Under the pieces are notes generated by a model. That model saw only the letters and a list, made by a program, of their open reading frames with translations. It made no database searches and was not told the origin of the DNA. From Bradymonadia bacterium (GTDB lineage Bacteria > Myxococcota_A > Bradymonadia > UBA7976 > UBA1532): a stretch of DNA of 64,000 bases. Both the position numbers and the translations under genes were made by a program. The DNA lies in contig JBKAGE010000036.1 of the NCBI GenBank assembly GCA_046290225.1, positions 224,001 through 288,000 on the forward strand. Direction: 5' to 3'. Below are positions 1 to 8,973 of the stretch, in pieces (the first letter of the stretch is position 1; every line of letters begins with the position of its first letter).

Positions 1-38
1 AGGGTCAAGGCCACCAGCCATGACCATGAAATCTGCAT
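1..38 (-). CDS. 5' end of a gene running off the left edge (MQISWSWLVALT...), possibly a signal peptide
   Basis: GAGGT RBS upstream of an ATG at 38 on the minus strand; hydrophobic N-terminus; only 12 codons visible. Confidence 0.3.
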   Translation of the reverse strand, partial: MQISWSWLVALT

Positions 39-185
39 CGGACACCTCGTTGTGGTGATCGGACTCGACAGAGTTAAAGAAGCTCCGAGATGTTGGAAAG
101 GTTCAACCTCGAGGTGGTCTCTGGCATCATACCGGGCCAGTTCTGGCCATCATGACATGGTCGTTGACGGAGACCGAGAGCACCT

Positions 186-2099
186 TTGGCCCACCAAGCC
201 TGCTACCATTGCAATCTACTCTTCGATGTAGACCCTCAGACGTATGATCCCCGCTGCCTGCAGTGCGGCCAGCCTCTGGTCGCCTACGCTGCAGATGAAG
301 CATCTGCTTCGTCCTGGGGCGCTGAAGACGAGGAAGACGAGCCCACTGCTCACTTCCAAAACCCTGGCGGCCAGTGGTTCGACGACAGCGCGCCGGCGCC
401 AGATGCCGGCCAGAGCACGCGCCTCGTAGGGGTCCTCGATGTCCCCATCGCCGAAGATCCCGATCATGGCCAGACGTCTTCGCTGCAGGCGCCTCAGGAA
501 GACCGCACCCGCATGCTGTCTCCGCTCACGGGGATACCGCCGGTGCCGAGCCCGGCCCCGACCCCGATGCCGGCGCCTGCACCTCAGGGCGGAGAAGAGC
601 GCACTCGCATGCTCTCCCCCATCAACGACGGCATCCTGCCCGCGCCTCCGCCCCCAGCCCCCGCCGCGCCGCCAGAAGACGAGCGCACCAGCATGTTCTC
701 GCCGATCCGTGACGGCTCGCTCGGCGCGATGCCCTCGAGGCCTCCAGAGCACGGCAGCTTCGACGACTCGGACGCCAGCACCCGCATGCTCAACCCCGTC
801 GATCTGCACAGCGCCACAGTGCCGAGCGGTCACGGCACCGCAGCAGCGACCTCTCCAAGAACAGGCCCCACCTCTATGAGGCCGCCTGCGACGGCGCCGA
901 TTCCCCGAGCGCCGACGGCGCCGCCGATGCCGCCCCGGGAGATCCCCGAACCGCCAGCCCCTGTGGCAGAAGCCGCACCTGCGACGCCTCGGCCCAAACC
1001 TCGCCCGAAGCCCAAGCCAAAACCCAAGCGCCCTGCAGCGCGCCCACGGCCGAAGCCCGAGGCGCCACCGCCAGAGGAAGCTCCAGCTCTCGAGAGCGAG
1101 CCCCTTGAGGCCGACGCCGATGGGGCCCCAGACGCTCTGGGCGACCTGGTGGCAGAGCAGACCCCTGTGCCCACACGGCTCGGCCCTCGTCGACCCCCCA
1201 AGAAGCGGCGCTCACCCCTCTTTGGCCTCATGGTGGTGGTGGTGGTCCTCGCCATGGTGGGCGCCGTCGTGGTGACGGTGATGCGCGACGACCCTTACGG
1301 CAAGGACAACCCGGCCAAGGAGCAGGTGCCCCTCGACCCTGCGATGCAGGTGGCTACGGCAGAAGTAGAAGACGCCCTGACCTCGGCCATCAAGACCGCA
1401 GGGATGTCGCTCGTCTCTTCTCGAGCCGCTGCTGATCTCGAGACCGGACCCTACCTGCTCGCCGGTGAGCAGTCCCTGGCGACGAGCTTTGGCATGATCC
1501 CCGGCCTGCCCTCGGCCAAGATCCCCCAGACCGTGGTGGATCAGGACCAGGATGGCCTCTGGGTCAAACCGGCACTCAACCCCCTCAAGGGTGCGGCCAC
1601 CGATCCCAGCCAGGCGACGCTGCTCATCGGGGTGGACCAGGCGCGTCAGGCGAGTCTGCTCAAGGCGCTGGCCTACACCGGTCACAAAGCGGGCTATAGC
1701 CGCCTGTCCCTCATGGTGCGCAAGGCAGATGGCTCCGACAAGCCAGGGCAGATTCCGTTTCAGGTGTTCATCAAGGGTCAGAAGCTGCCGACGGCGGGCA
1801 TCGCCCGAGTGAAGATCGACCGCCAGGGCATCGTGGCTCGGGTCTATGCCCGTGACGGCGAGCAGCTCAGCAAGGGCGACGGGCTCCTGCCCCGCCTCGC
1901 CGATCAAGACCGACGCCTCGATCTCGACGGCCTCGATGTTGCCATCGAGAAGCTCGTCGCCGAGCACTCGCAGGTACGCCACGCCATCATCAGCGTCGCC
2001 GACGAAACCCCCATCGCCGACGTGGTGGAGGTCTTCACTCGCTTGCGCTCCGGCTCCACCCGCGATCGGTTCACGGCCTTGATGATGATCGCCCGGTGA
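186..2099 (+). CDS. Bitopic membrane protein: N-terminal zinc ribbon, Pro-rich linker, one TM helix, two periplasmic ExbD/TolR-like domains
   Basis: CYHC...CLQC; long Pro-rich region; basic stretch then TM LFGLMVVVVVLAMVGAVVVTVM; LLIGVDQ...GHKAGYSRLSL and AIISVADETPIADVVEVF resemble ExbD C-terminal folds; TTG start. Confidence 0.6.
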   Translation: MAHQACYHCNLLFDVDPQTYDPRCLQCGQPLVAYAADEASASSWGAEDEEDEPTAHFQNPGGQWFDDSAPAPDAGQSTRLVGVLDVPIAEDPDHGQTSSLQAPQEDRTRMLSPLTGIPPVPSPAPTPMPAPAPQGGEERTRMLSPINDGILPAPPPPAPAAPPEDERTSMFSPIRDGSLGAMPSRPPEHGSFDDSDASTRMLNPVDLHSATVPSGHGTAAATSPRTGPTSMRPPATAPIPRAPTAPPMPPREIPEPPAPVAEAAPATPRPKPRPKPKPKPKRPAARPRPKPEAPPPEEAPALESEPLEADADGAPDALGDLVAEQTPVPTRLGPRRPPKKRRSPLFGLMVVVVVLAMVGAVVVTVMRDDPYGKDNPAKEQVPLDPAMQVATAEVEDALTSAIKTAGMSLVSSRAAADLETGPYLLAGEQSLATSFGMIPGLPSAKIPQTVVDQDQDGLWVKPALNPLKGAATDPSQATLLIGVDQARQASLLKALAYTGHKAGYSRLSLMVRKADGSDKPGQIPFQVFIKGQKLPTAGIARVKIDRQGIVARVYARDGEQLSKGDGLLPRLADQDRRLDLDGLDVAIEKLVAEHSQVRHAIISVADETPIADVVEVFTRLRSGSTRDRFTALMMIAR

Positions 2100-2108
2100 G
2101 CTGACCTC

Positions 2109-3290
2109 ATGCATGTACAACAGCCTGCCCGAGTGCTTGGCCGCGTCGATCGGGGTCGACCGGGGCCTTCTTTTGTCATTCTCTGCGCCGTACATGGCAA
2201 CGAGCCTGGGGGCGTGGGCGCCGCCCGCAGAGTGATCCGTACGATCAAGGCCCATGGGATCCCCCTCTCGGGGCGAGTGCTCGCCCTTCTGGGGAACAGC
2301 GGTGCCTACGCTCGAGGGGTGCGGCAACAGCAACACGATCTCAATCGTGCGTGGACAGCGTCGGCGCTGCAGACGCTCTTCAACCAGGATCCAGCCCAGG
2401 ATGATCCAGAGCAGCGCGAGCAGAGGGCGCTGCTCGTAGCGCTGTCTCCCTTCATCGAACACCCCGAGCAGCCCACGATCTTCGTCGACCTGCACAGTAC
2501 CTCTGGTCCGGGGGCACCTTTCTCCGTCGGCGCCGACACACTGCGGAACCGCCGCCTGATCGACGCCCTGGGCCTGCCGGTCATGTTGGGACTGGAAGAG
2601 ATCATCGAGGGCACGCTGCTGGGTCTCCTCTCCGATCTGGGCCATGTCACAGTGGGGGTGGAAGGCGGACAACACGACGATCCCCGCACGGTGGACAACC
2701 TCGAGTCGGTGCTGTGGCAAGCCCTCGCAGCCACGGGGCAGATCAGACGCGTCGATATCCCCGAACGGCGCAAACACGTCGATCGGCTGAGAGCGGCCAC
2801 CGAAGGTCTCCCGCGGTACGTCGAGGTGCGCCATCGCCACGGCATCACACCGAGCGAGGCCTTTGCCATGCGGCCGGGCTTCACCAACTTTCAGCCAGTG
2901 ACTGTGGGCGACGTGCTCGGCGAAGACGCCAACGGGCCCGTCAAGGCGCCCTTCACGGGCCGTCTGCTCATGCCCCTCTATCAATCCACGGGCGACGACG
3001 GCTTCTTCATGGGGCGCGATGTGAGCATGCCCTGGCTCGTCACCTCAGAGGTGGCCCGGCGAGCGCGGATTGATCGTCTCCTGCACCTGCTTCCAGGCGT
3101 CGATCGACACCCCGACGAGCCCGACCAGCTTCTGGTCGAGTCCGACCGGGAGGATGATCCGCTGCTGCGCCTGTTCGGCTACCGTCGACAGCACCCCCAC
3201 CCCATGGGCACCCAGCTTTCTCGCAGACGACCTGATCACCTGCCCCCCATCGATCATCGTCATCATCATGCGTTCAAGGGTCAGCGCTGA
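2109..3290 (+). CDS. Succinylglutamate desuccinylase/aspartoacylase family (M14 metallopeptidase-like)
   Basis: HGNEPGG, DLNR, DLHST and VEGG motifs. Confidence 0.85.
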   Translation: MHVQQPARVLGRVDRGRPGPSFVILCAVHGNEPGGVGAARRVIRTIKAHGIPLSGRVLALLGNSGAYARGVRQQQHDLNRAWTASALQTLFNQDPAQDDPEQREQRALLVALSPFIEHPEQPTIFVDLHSTSGPGAPFSVGADTLRNRRLIDALGLPVMLGLEEIIEGTLLGLLSDLGHVTVGVEGGQHDDPRTVDNLESVLWQALAATGQIRRVDIPERRKHVDRLRAATEGLPRYVEVRHRHGITPSEAFAMRPGFTNFQPVTVGDVLGEDANGPVKAPFTGRLLMPLYQSTGDDGFFMGRDVSMPWLVTSEVARRARIDRLLHLLPGVDRHPDEPDQLLVESDREDDPLLRLFGYRRQHPHPMGTQLSRRRPDHLPPIDHRHHHAFKGQR

Positions 3291-4513
3291 GCCGAGGTGT
3301 CGATGTCGGCCTGCATCCACCTGGACCACTGATACTCCACTGGAGCCGCGCTGTCGGCGAGGCTGCGTCGAGGCGATCGGAGGCGTACCCGCATCCACCG
3401 CGTCTCTGGCTCCACCATCAGCTGATGCACCACCTCTGGCAGCGCCACCCTGGCACCCTGCAGCCACATCTGCTCTCGACCCCACGGCTGACCTGAGCGG
3501 TTGGCGCTCTTCAATGCACGATAGCGTCGGCACTGAGCGGGGGTGCCCACGCCTTGACGGTGGTGGTTGGTGGCCACCAGCGCCCCCTTCATCTCGGGAT
3601 CGTCGCTGGCCCCTCTACGTGACACACGCTGTGGGGTGATTTCGAAGACAGCGGCGGGATCGGCGTCAGGTCGCGCAGGCTCGATGGCGTGCACGATGTA
3701 GTGTCCGGCGTGGCGCGCCTCTTTGAGCATGCGCGCCAGAGTGTCCATCGTGGATCCACGGCGCTCCACGGCCGCCCTCAAGATCAGCCCCCCTGGTGTG
3801 AACCCCTCGCGGAATGCCTTCAGTGAAGTGTTGCGACCGGCCATGTTGAAGAACACGCCGAGACCCGAGGCGCCCAGACACGACAGACAGCCGAGGTAGC
3901 CCGCAAAGCCGATCGACACAAAAGGCTGTGATGCAGGATCGTCAGGGTGGTGCACAAAGATGATTTGATTGCGCAACAGCGCCGGATGATCGCTCCAGTC
4001 AAGCTGACGTACCAGTCTGCCTGCGCCACCGGTCGAGCGGCCACCCCAGGCGCTCATGGAGGAGCACCCCAAGCCCGAGAGCTCGGTGTAGGCGTTGAGC
4101 AGCAACAAATCTTCTGCGGTGAGCGCGCGGCCGAGAGCCTCCAGGTGAGCCCCACCCGCAGCCTTCAAGCCGTCGATGACACCTCGGGCTTCAGTGACGA
4201 TGGCCTCTGGCAAGCGCTGTCCTGCGGTAAAGGCCGCCAAAGCTCGGGCATAGCGCTGTGGGCCCACCTCGGCCACGGCATATTCACCGAGCAGGTCGAG
4301 GGTCTGGTGGCGGAGCAAAAACCCATGGGCATACCCCCGATCATAGGCACCTCCCCAAAGCTGGACCACAGTCTGACCCTCGACCTCACGGACGACGCCC
4401 CCGCTCTGATGACCAGGCCCGCTGTGCTCGCTCTGAGCGCCCCGGCTCTCGCCGAGCGCAGGCATGATCAGAGTCATGGCGCAGATCAGGCACAGGCTCC
4501 GCCCGAGAGACAT
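3281..4513 (-). CDS. C45 family Ntn-hydrolase (acyl-CoA:6-APA acyltransferase-like), secreted
   Basis: Signal-like N-terminus (start chosen at 4513; ORF extends to 4573); RGYAHG; GCSS nucleophile Cys; RQLDW; ATNH. Confidence 0.8.
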   Translation of the reverse strand: MSLGRSLCLICAMTLIMPALGESRGAQSEHSGPGHQSGGVVREVEGQTVVQLWGGAYDRGYAHGFLLRHQTLDLLGEYAVAEVGPQRYARALAAFTAGQRLPEAIVTEARGVIDGLKAAGGAHLEALGRALTAEDLLLLNAYTELSGLGCSSMSAWGGRSTGGAGRLVRQLDWSDHPALLRNQIIFVHHPDDPASQPFVSIGFAGYLGCLSCLGASGLGVFFNMAGRNTSLKAFREGFTPGGLILRAAVERRGSTMDTLARMLKEARHAGHYIVHAIEPARPDADPAAVFEITPQRVSRRGASDDPEMKGALVATNHHRQGVGTPAQCRRYRALKSANRSGQPWGREQMWLQGARVALPEVVHQLMVEPETRWMRVRLRSPRRSLADSAAPVEYQWSRWMQADIDTSAQR

Positions 4514-4567
4514 CGATCGACGCTGCTGCCTTGCTCGGCCTCTCGAACTGAGCCTAGAGTCTCGCTC

Positions 4568-5158
4568 ATGCATGATTCACAGCTCCTCTGGAAGCGCCTT
4601 CGGGCCTTCCCCGCCGAAGACTATCGGATCTTCAAGGTGGCGTCTCACGAGGCCGCTCACCCCACCACCGAGGTGGTCCGACGCTTCAACGTCATCACCT
4701 GCCCTGACTGGGTGAACGTCATCGCGCTCACCCCCGATGACCAGGTGGTGATGGTGCGCCAGCACCGCGCCGGCACAGACACCATCACCTTGGAGATCCC
4801 TGGGGGCATGCTCGATCCCGGTGAGAGCCCCCTCGACGGCGGGCGCAGGGAGTTGCTGGAGGAGACAGGCTATGTCGCCGACACCTGGATCCACATCGGC
4901 TCGGTGGAGCCCAACCCCGCCATTCAGGACAACACCTGTCACACCCTGCTGGCCCTCGACGCCCGTCTCGAGGGTCCCCAGCAACTCGATCCTGGGGAAG
5001 CCATCGAGATCTGCACGCATCCGCTCGATGCCGTCAGCGGGCTGATTCGAAGCGGCGAGATCTCTCACGCCCTCGTCGTGGCTGCGATGTTCCATCTGCT
5101 CGATGTGGCAGGCGGCTGGCGCCGTCCTGAAGAGGTGGCCATCCCCTCGACCGTCTGA
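4568..5158 (+). CDS. NUDIX hydrolase (ADP-ribose pyrophosphatase-like)
   Basis: Nudix box GMLDPGESPLDGGRRELLEETG; LEIPGG; NPA; in-frame ATG at 4568. Confidence 0.9.
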   Translation: MHDSQLLWKRLRAFPAEDYRIFKVASHEAAHPTTEVVRRFNVITCPDWVNVIALTPDDQVVMVRQHRAGTDTITLEIPGGMLDPGESPLDGGRRELLEETGYVADTWIHIGSVEPNPAIQDNTCHTLLALDARLEGPQQLDPGEAIEICTHPLDAVSGLIRSGEISHALVVAAMFHLLDVAGGWRRPEEVAIPSTV

Positions 5159-5322
5159 GTGGACGCCGCGTGGATGCGCGCACTAGGCTCAGTTTGGATT
5201 TGCGAGTTGGGCCCAGGGCAAGCCACCCGACGAGAGCCAAACCAGACGTAAGCGTGAGCTGGGCCTAGCATGTGAGCAAAATCGAGGGTATGCAGATGGC
5301 TGGAGCCATCGAGACGAGCGAC

Positions 5323-6177
5323 ATGTTTCAAACGCATCGCAGACACCTGCTGGTGACGACCGTATGCCTGGGGCTGGCCTCGAGTCACGCCCTGGCTCAA
5401 AACCCAGGGGGCAACGAACCCGCTGCGGCACCTTCGACCACGGCATCTGCACCAGGGGTGACGGGGGGCCCTGCTGAAGCCGCCCCGGAGACGGAGACCG
5501 TAGAGTCCCTCGCCCGGCAGGCCCGAGCCAGGTATGGCGAGGGGCGCTTCGGTGAGGCTGTGGGGCTCTACCTGCAGGCCTACAAGCTCGCACCGGCCTC
5601 GGCGCTGCTCTACAACGTCGCGCTCATCTACGACAAGAAGCTCAACGAGCCCGAGCTGGCCATTCAGTTCTATCGGCGCTACATCGCCGCCCCCGACGCA
5701 GATCCCAAGGTCGCTCAGCGCGCCACCATTCGAGTGCAGACCCTCAAGGCCCAAAAGGCAGCGCAGTCGCCCATCGTCACTGATCCCAATGTGGGCCTGA
5801 TCTCCGATCCAGGCCCTGTTGTGGGCGGCGAAGTCCCTCGAGCCCAGGAAAACAATCAAGCCCTCGCGGGCTGGGTCACCGCAGGGGCCGGCGCAGTGCT
5901 CGTCGTCGGTGGGGTCTTCTTCGGGCTGAGCGCTTCGGCCTCGGAGTCCGACTTCGACGCTGCGACCTCCCTGTCTCAAAAACAGAGCCTCCGAGACGAC
6001 GGCGAGCGCCAGGCCCTGGTCTCGGACGTACTCACGATCACGGGCCTCGCTGCGATCGGCGTGGGTCTCTGGCTGGCTTTGACCGCAGAAGAGCCCTCAC
6101 AACGAAAGGGTGTCAGCGTCGGGGTAGCCCCCACGGCAGAGGGTGGTTTCGGCTTCTGGCTCGGGGGTGACCTGTGA
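5323..6177 (+). CDS. Secreted TPR protein with C-terminal hydrophobic hairpin and terminal beta-strand (myxobacterial type)
   Basis: Signal peptide ...SHALA; TPR motifs (EAVGLYLQAY, LLYNVALIY); Gly-rich hydrophobic helices; ends GFGFWLGGDL; start uncertain (5272-5323). Confidence 0.7.
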   Translation: MFQTHRRHLLVTTVCLGLASSHALAQNPGGNEPAAAPSTTASAPGVTGGPAEAAPETETVESLARQARARYGEGRFGEAVGLYLQAYKLAPASALLYNVALIYDKKLNEPELAIQFYRRYIAAPDADPKVAQRATIRVQTLKAQKAAQSPIVTDPNVGLISDPGPVVGGEVPRAQENNQALAGWVTAGAGAVLVVGGVFFGLSASASESDFDAATSLSQKQSLRDDGERQALVSDVLTITGLAAIGVGLWLALTAEEPSQRKGVSVGVAPTAEGGFGFWLGGDL

Positions 6178-7820
6178 GCGTTCGACGCACGATCTTCGGC
6201 GCCGCGACGTGCGGCGCCGTGCTCTATGGCTGCTCTCTCGCGGTGAGCTTCGATGACGAGTGCAGCGTCGATGGCGACTGTGCAGGCCGTGGCGCCGGCT
6301 TCGTCTGCAGCCAGAACCTCTGTGTTCTGCCCGGTGGCACCGGTGGGGCCGGCGGCAGCATCTCCGGAGTACTCACAGCACAATGCCCGCGGTTTCACGG
6401 GGTGCCCGACGAGGCCACCCTCACCAACGGCAACACCTTGATTCTCGGCACCCTGCTCCCCCTGACCGGCGCCCTCGAAGACTTTGGCCCGCCCATCGAG
6501 CAGGCCGTCTACCTCGCTGTAGACGAGATCAACCAGGTGGGCGGCGTCGCAGGGCGACCTCTCGCGGTGATCTCCTGCGACTCCGCCTCTGACGCCGAGG
6601 CTGCCCAGCCGAGCGCCGATCACCTCTTCACCACCTTGAAAGTGCCTGGCATCGTGGGCGCCGCCTCGAGCGCCGTCACCATCGGGGTGTTCAACAGCAC
6701 CGCGCGACGTGATTCCGGGGCGTTGATGATCAGCCCCGCCTCCACCTCGCCGGGCATCACCGATCTGCCCGACGAAGGGCTGCTCTGGCGTACCATCCCC
6801 TCAGACGCTGCTCAGGGCCTTGCCATCGGTGAGTTGTTGCTGTTTCAGGGGTACGAGCGGGTGGCGGTGGTGAACCGCGACGACTCGTATGGCAACGGGC
6901 TCCGCGACGCCATCATCGACAAGCTGAGGGCCGAGGGCTTCCCCACCGACGACGACACCCGATTCGCCAACTTCACCTATCGCGACGAGACCCAGGCCGA
7001 CGATCAGAGTCAGGCCCTCGTGGCCCTGGGCAACTTCGAGCCCGACATCATCGTCCTCGTGGCCTTCCCTGCGGACGGCACGCAGTTCCTCAATGACGCC
7101 GCCCTCCAAGGATTCAAGCGTTTCGTCCTCCCTGACGGGTTCCGCAGCGACGAGGCCTTGTCCAACGTGCAGGACGACGAGTTGTTGCGGCAAATCATCG
7201 GCACCAACCCCGCGAGCCCCAGCGGAGACACCTTCCAGAGCTTCCGCATCAGATACCGCAGCCGGTGGGGGGACGAGCCCGCAGCCTTCGATGCCCAGGC
7301 GTACGACGCCACGTACATGCTGGCATACGCCATCGCCGCCGTGGGCACCGATCAACCCCTCACAGGTGCCCGCATTGCCGCCGGCTTGCGGCGTTTGTCC
7401 GAGGGTGAGTCGGTGGAGTCGGGCAACGCCGACTTCAACCGGGGCCTGGGCCTGCTCGCCGAAGATGCCGAGGCCACCATCGACTATCTGGGCACCTCAG
7501 GCCCACTCGACATGAACGGCGAGACGGGTGAGGCGCCTGGCAGCATCGAGGGCTGGTTCTTCGATCTCGATCGTCGCCGTGTGGACACCCTCGGTGAGAT
7601 CCTGAGTGCCGAGGGTGAGTTCACCCCGCCGAGTCTCCCCAACGACATGCCCGACGAGATGCCGGATATGGGCGCACCAGATGCAGCCGTGGAGATGCCC
7701 GATATGGGCATGCCCGACATGATGCCGTCAGCGCCAGACATGGAGCCGCCTGAAGAGGTCGAGGATGCAGCTGTGGAGGTGCCCGACGCCGCCCCGGAGT
7801 CCCGTGACGCCATGCCCTGA
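6174..7820 (+). CDS. Lipoprotein, branched-chain amino acid type (type I) solute-binding protein with Cys-rich N-terminus and acidic Met/Pro tail
   Basis: Lipobox LYGC; GTLLPLTG, AVDEIN..GG, GAASS, ISPASTSP, RTIPSD, YDA motifs; 4-bp overlap with the TPR gene. Confidence 0.85.
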   Translation: MSVRRTIFGAATCGAVLYGCSLAVSFDDECSVDGDCAGRGAGFVCSQNLCVLPGGTGGAGGSISGVLTAQCPRFHGVPDEATLTNGNTLILGTLLPLTGALEDFGPPIEQAVYLAVDEINQVGGVAGRPLAVISCDSASDAEAAQPSADHLFTTLKVPGIVGAASSAVTIGVFNSTARRDSGALMISPASTSPGITDLPDEGLLWRTIPSDAAQGLAIGELLLFQGYERVAVVNRDDSYGNGLRDAIIDKLRAEGFPTDDDTRFANFTYRDETQADDQSQALVALGNFEPDIIVLVAFPADGTQFLNDAALQGFKRFVLPDGFRSDEALSNVQDDELLRQIIGTNPASPSGDTFQSFRIRYRSRWGDEPAAFDAQAYDATYMLAYAIAAVGTDQPLTGARIAAGLRRLSEGESVESGNADFNRGLGLLAEDAEATIDYLGTSGPLDMNGETGEAPGSIEGWFFDLDRRRVDTLGEILSAEGEFTPPSLPNDMPDEMPDMGAPDAAVEMPDMGMPDMMPSAPDMEPPEEVEDAAVEVPDAAPESRDAMP

Positions 7821-7902
7821 GGGCACGCCTCGAAGATTCTTTTTGCCCCCGCCGGAACCAAACAGCCCCGGGCGACTCCTTTAGTGCAGGAGGCGTCCAC
7901 TG

Positions 7903-8577
7903 ATGACCCACCCCCCCAATCTGCAGCCCATCGACACCGACGACCTCCATCGGCTGCCGATATTCCCACTCCCGAATGTGGTGTTGTTTCCTGGGGCCGT
8001 CTTGCCCCTGCACGTCTTCGAACACCGTTATCGCGATTTGGTGAAGTACACCCTCGCTCACGGCCAGGTCATGGGGATTCCATTGCTCAGGCCCGGATAC
8101 ACCCCTGATGAGTACGAGGGCAGCCCCCCCGTCTTCGAGTTCATGGGTGCAGGCAGGGTGGTGGCCCACCAGCCCATGCCCGACGGGCGGTGCAATATCT
8201 TGATCCAGGGCATCGAGCGTATCCGTTTGCTCGAAGAGCTGAACACCGACTACAGCTTTCGCCTGCTCAGGGCGGCCCACGTGCCCGAAGTCGGTTCGAT
8301 CAGCCCTGCCCAGCTCGACACGCTGCGCTCGCTCACGCTGCGCCTCGCCCATCACCTGCCCCAGGCCCGTGACGCGCTCATGCGGCTCGTCTCCGAGACC
8401 CACAGCCCCGGGCTGCTCGTCGATCAGCTCGCCGCATATCTCGTGGGTGATCTCGAAGAACGGCAGCGCCTGCTGGAGACGCTCGATCCCGGTGTACGCA
8501 TCGAGCGCCTCAACACTCAGCTCGGCGCCTTGTACCTCGAGCTGTCAGAGCCTGATGGTGGGGGTCAGCTGAACTGA
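7903..8577 (+). CDS. Stand-alone LON peptidase substrate-binding domain protein
   Basis: LPIFPLPNVVLFPGAVLPLHVFEHRY; DGRCNI; RQRLLE; AGGAGG RBS. Confidence 0.9.
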   Translation: MTHPPNLQPIDTDDLHRLPIFPLPNVVLFPGAVLPLHVFEHRYRDLVKYTLAHGQVMGIPLLRPGYTPDEYEGSPPVFEFMGAGRVVAHQPMPDGRCNILIQGIERIRLLEELNTDYSFRLLRAAHVPEVGSISPAQLDTLRSLTLRLAHHLPQARDALMRLVSETHSPGLLVDQLAAYLVGDLEERQRLLETLDPGVRIERLNTQLGALYLELSEPDGGGQLN

Positions 8578-8592
8578 TGGTACACTGCCGTC

Positions 8593-8973
8593 ATGCGCGA
8601 CGCTTCTGATCACGGACTCGACCCCACCACCTGGGCCGTCTTGCGGGCACTCCGCGGTGGCGCCCGCATCTCTCGAAACAAACACTTTGCCCTCTTCGAA
8701 GATCCAAAGGTGCGGCGCGCCCTGAAGATCCATCGATACCTGCGCTCGGTGGTCCGCGACATCGAGCGGTTCCCAGACGCCGTCCAGGTCAAGGCGGTGG
8801 GGCACCCCGAGGGTGACAACTTCACATTGAGAATCGAGATCCCCAGCTTGAGGGGCAGGCGCACGGCCTATCTGAGCAGCACCGAGCTTCACCTGCTCGC
8901 GCAGGACGCCCCGGAGGTGGCTCAGTTGCTGGAGCGTTTGCTCACCGACGAGACCGGCGAAGCGGAGCCATAG
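8593..8973 (+). CDS. Hypothetical protein
   Basis: Fills the gap in the operon; protein-like composition (ISRNKHFALF, RRTAYL). Confidence 0.65.
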   Translation: MRDASDHGLDPTTWAVLRALRGGARISRNKHFALFEDPKVRRALKIHRYLRSVVRDIERFPDAVQVKAVGHPEGDNFTLRIEIPSLRGRRTAYLSSTELHLLAQDAPEVAQLLERLLTDETGEAEP

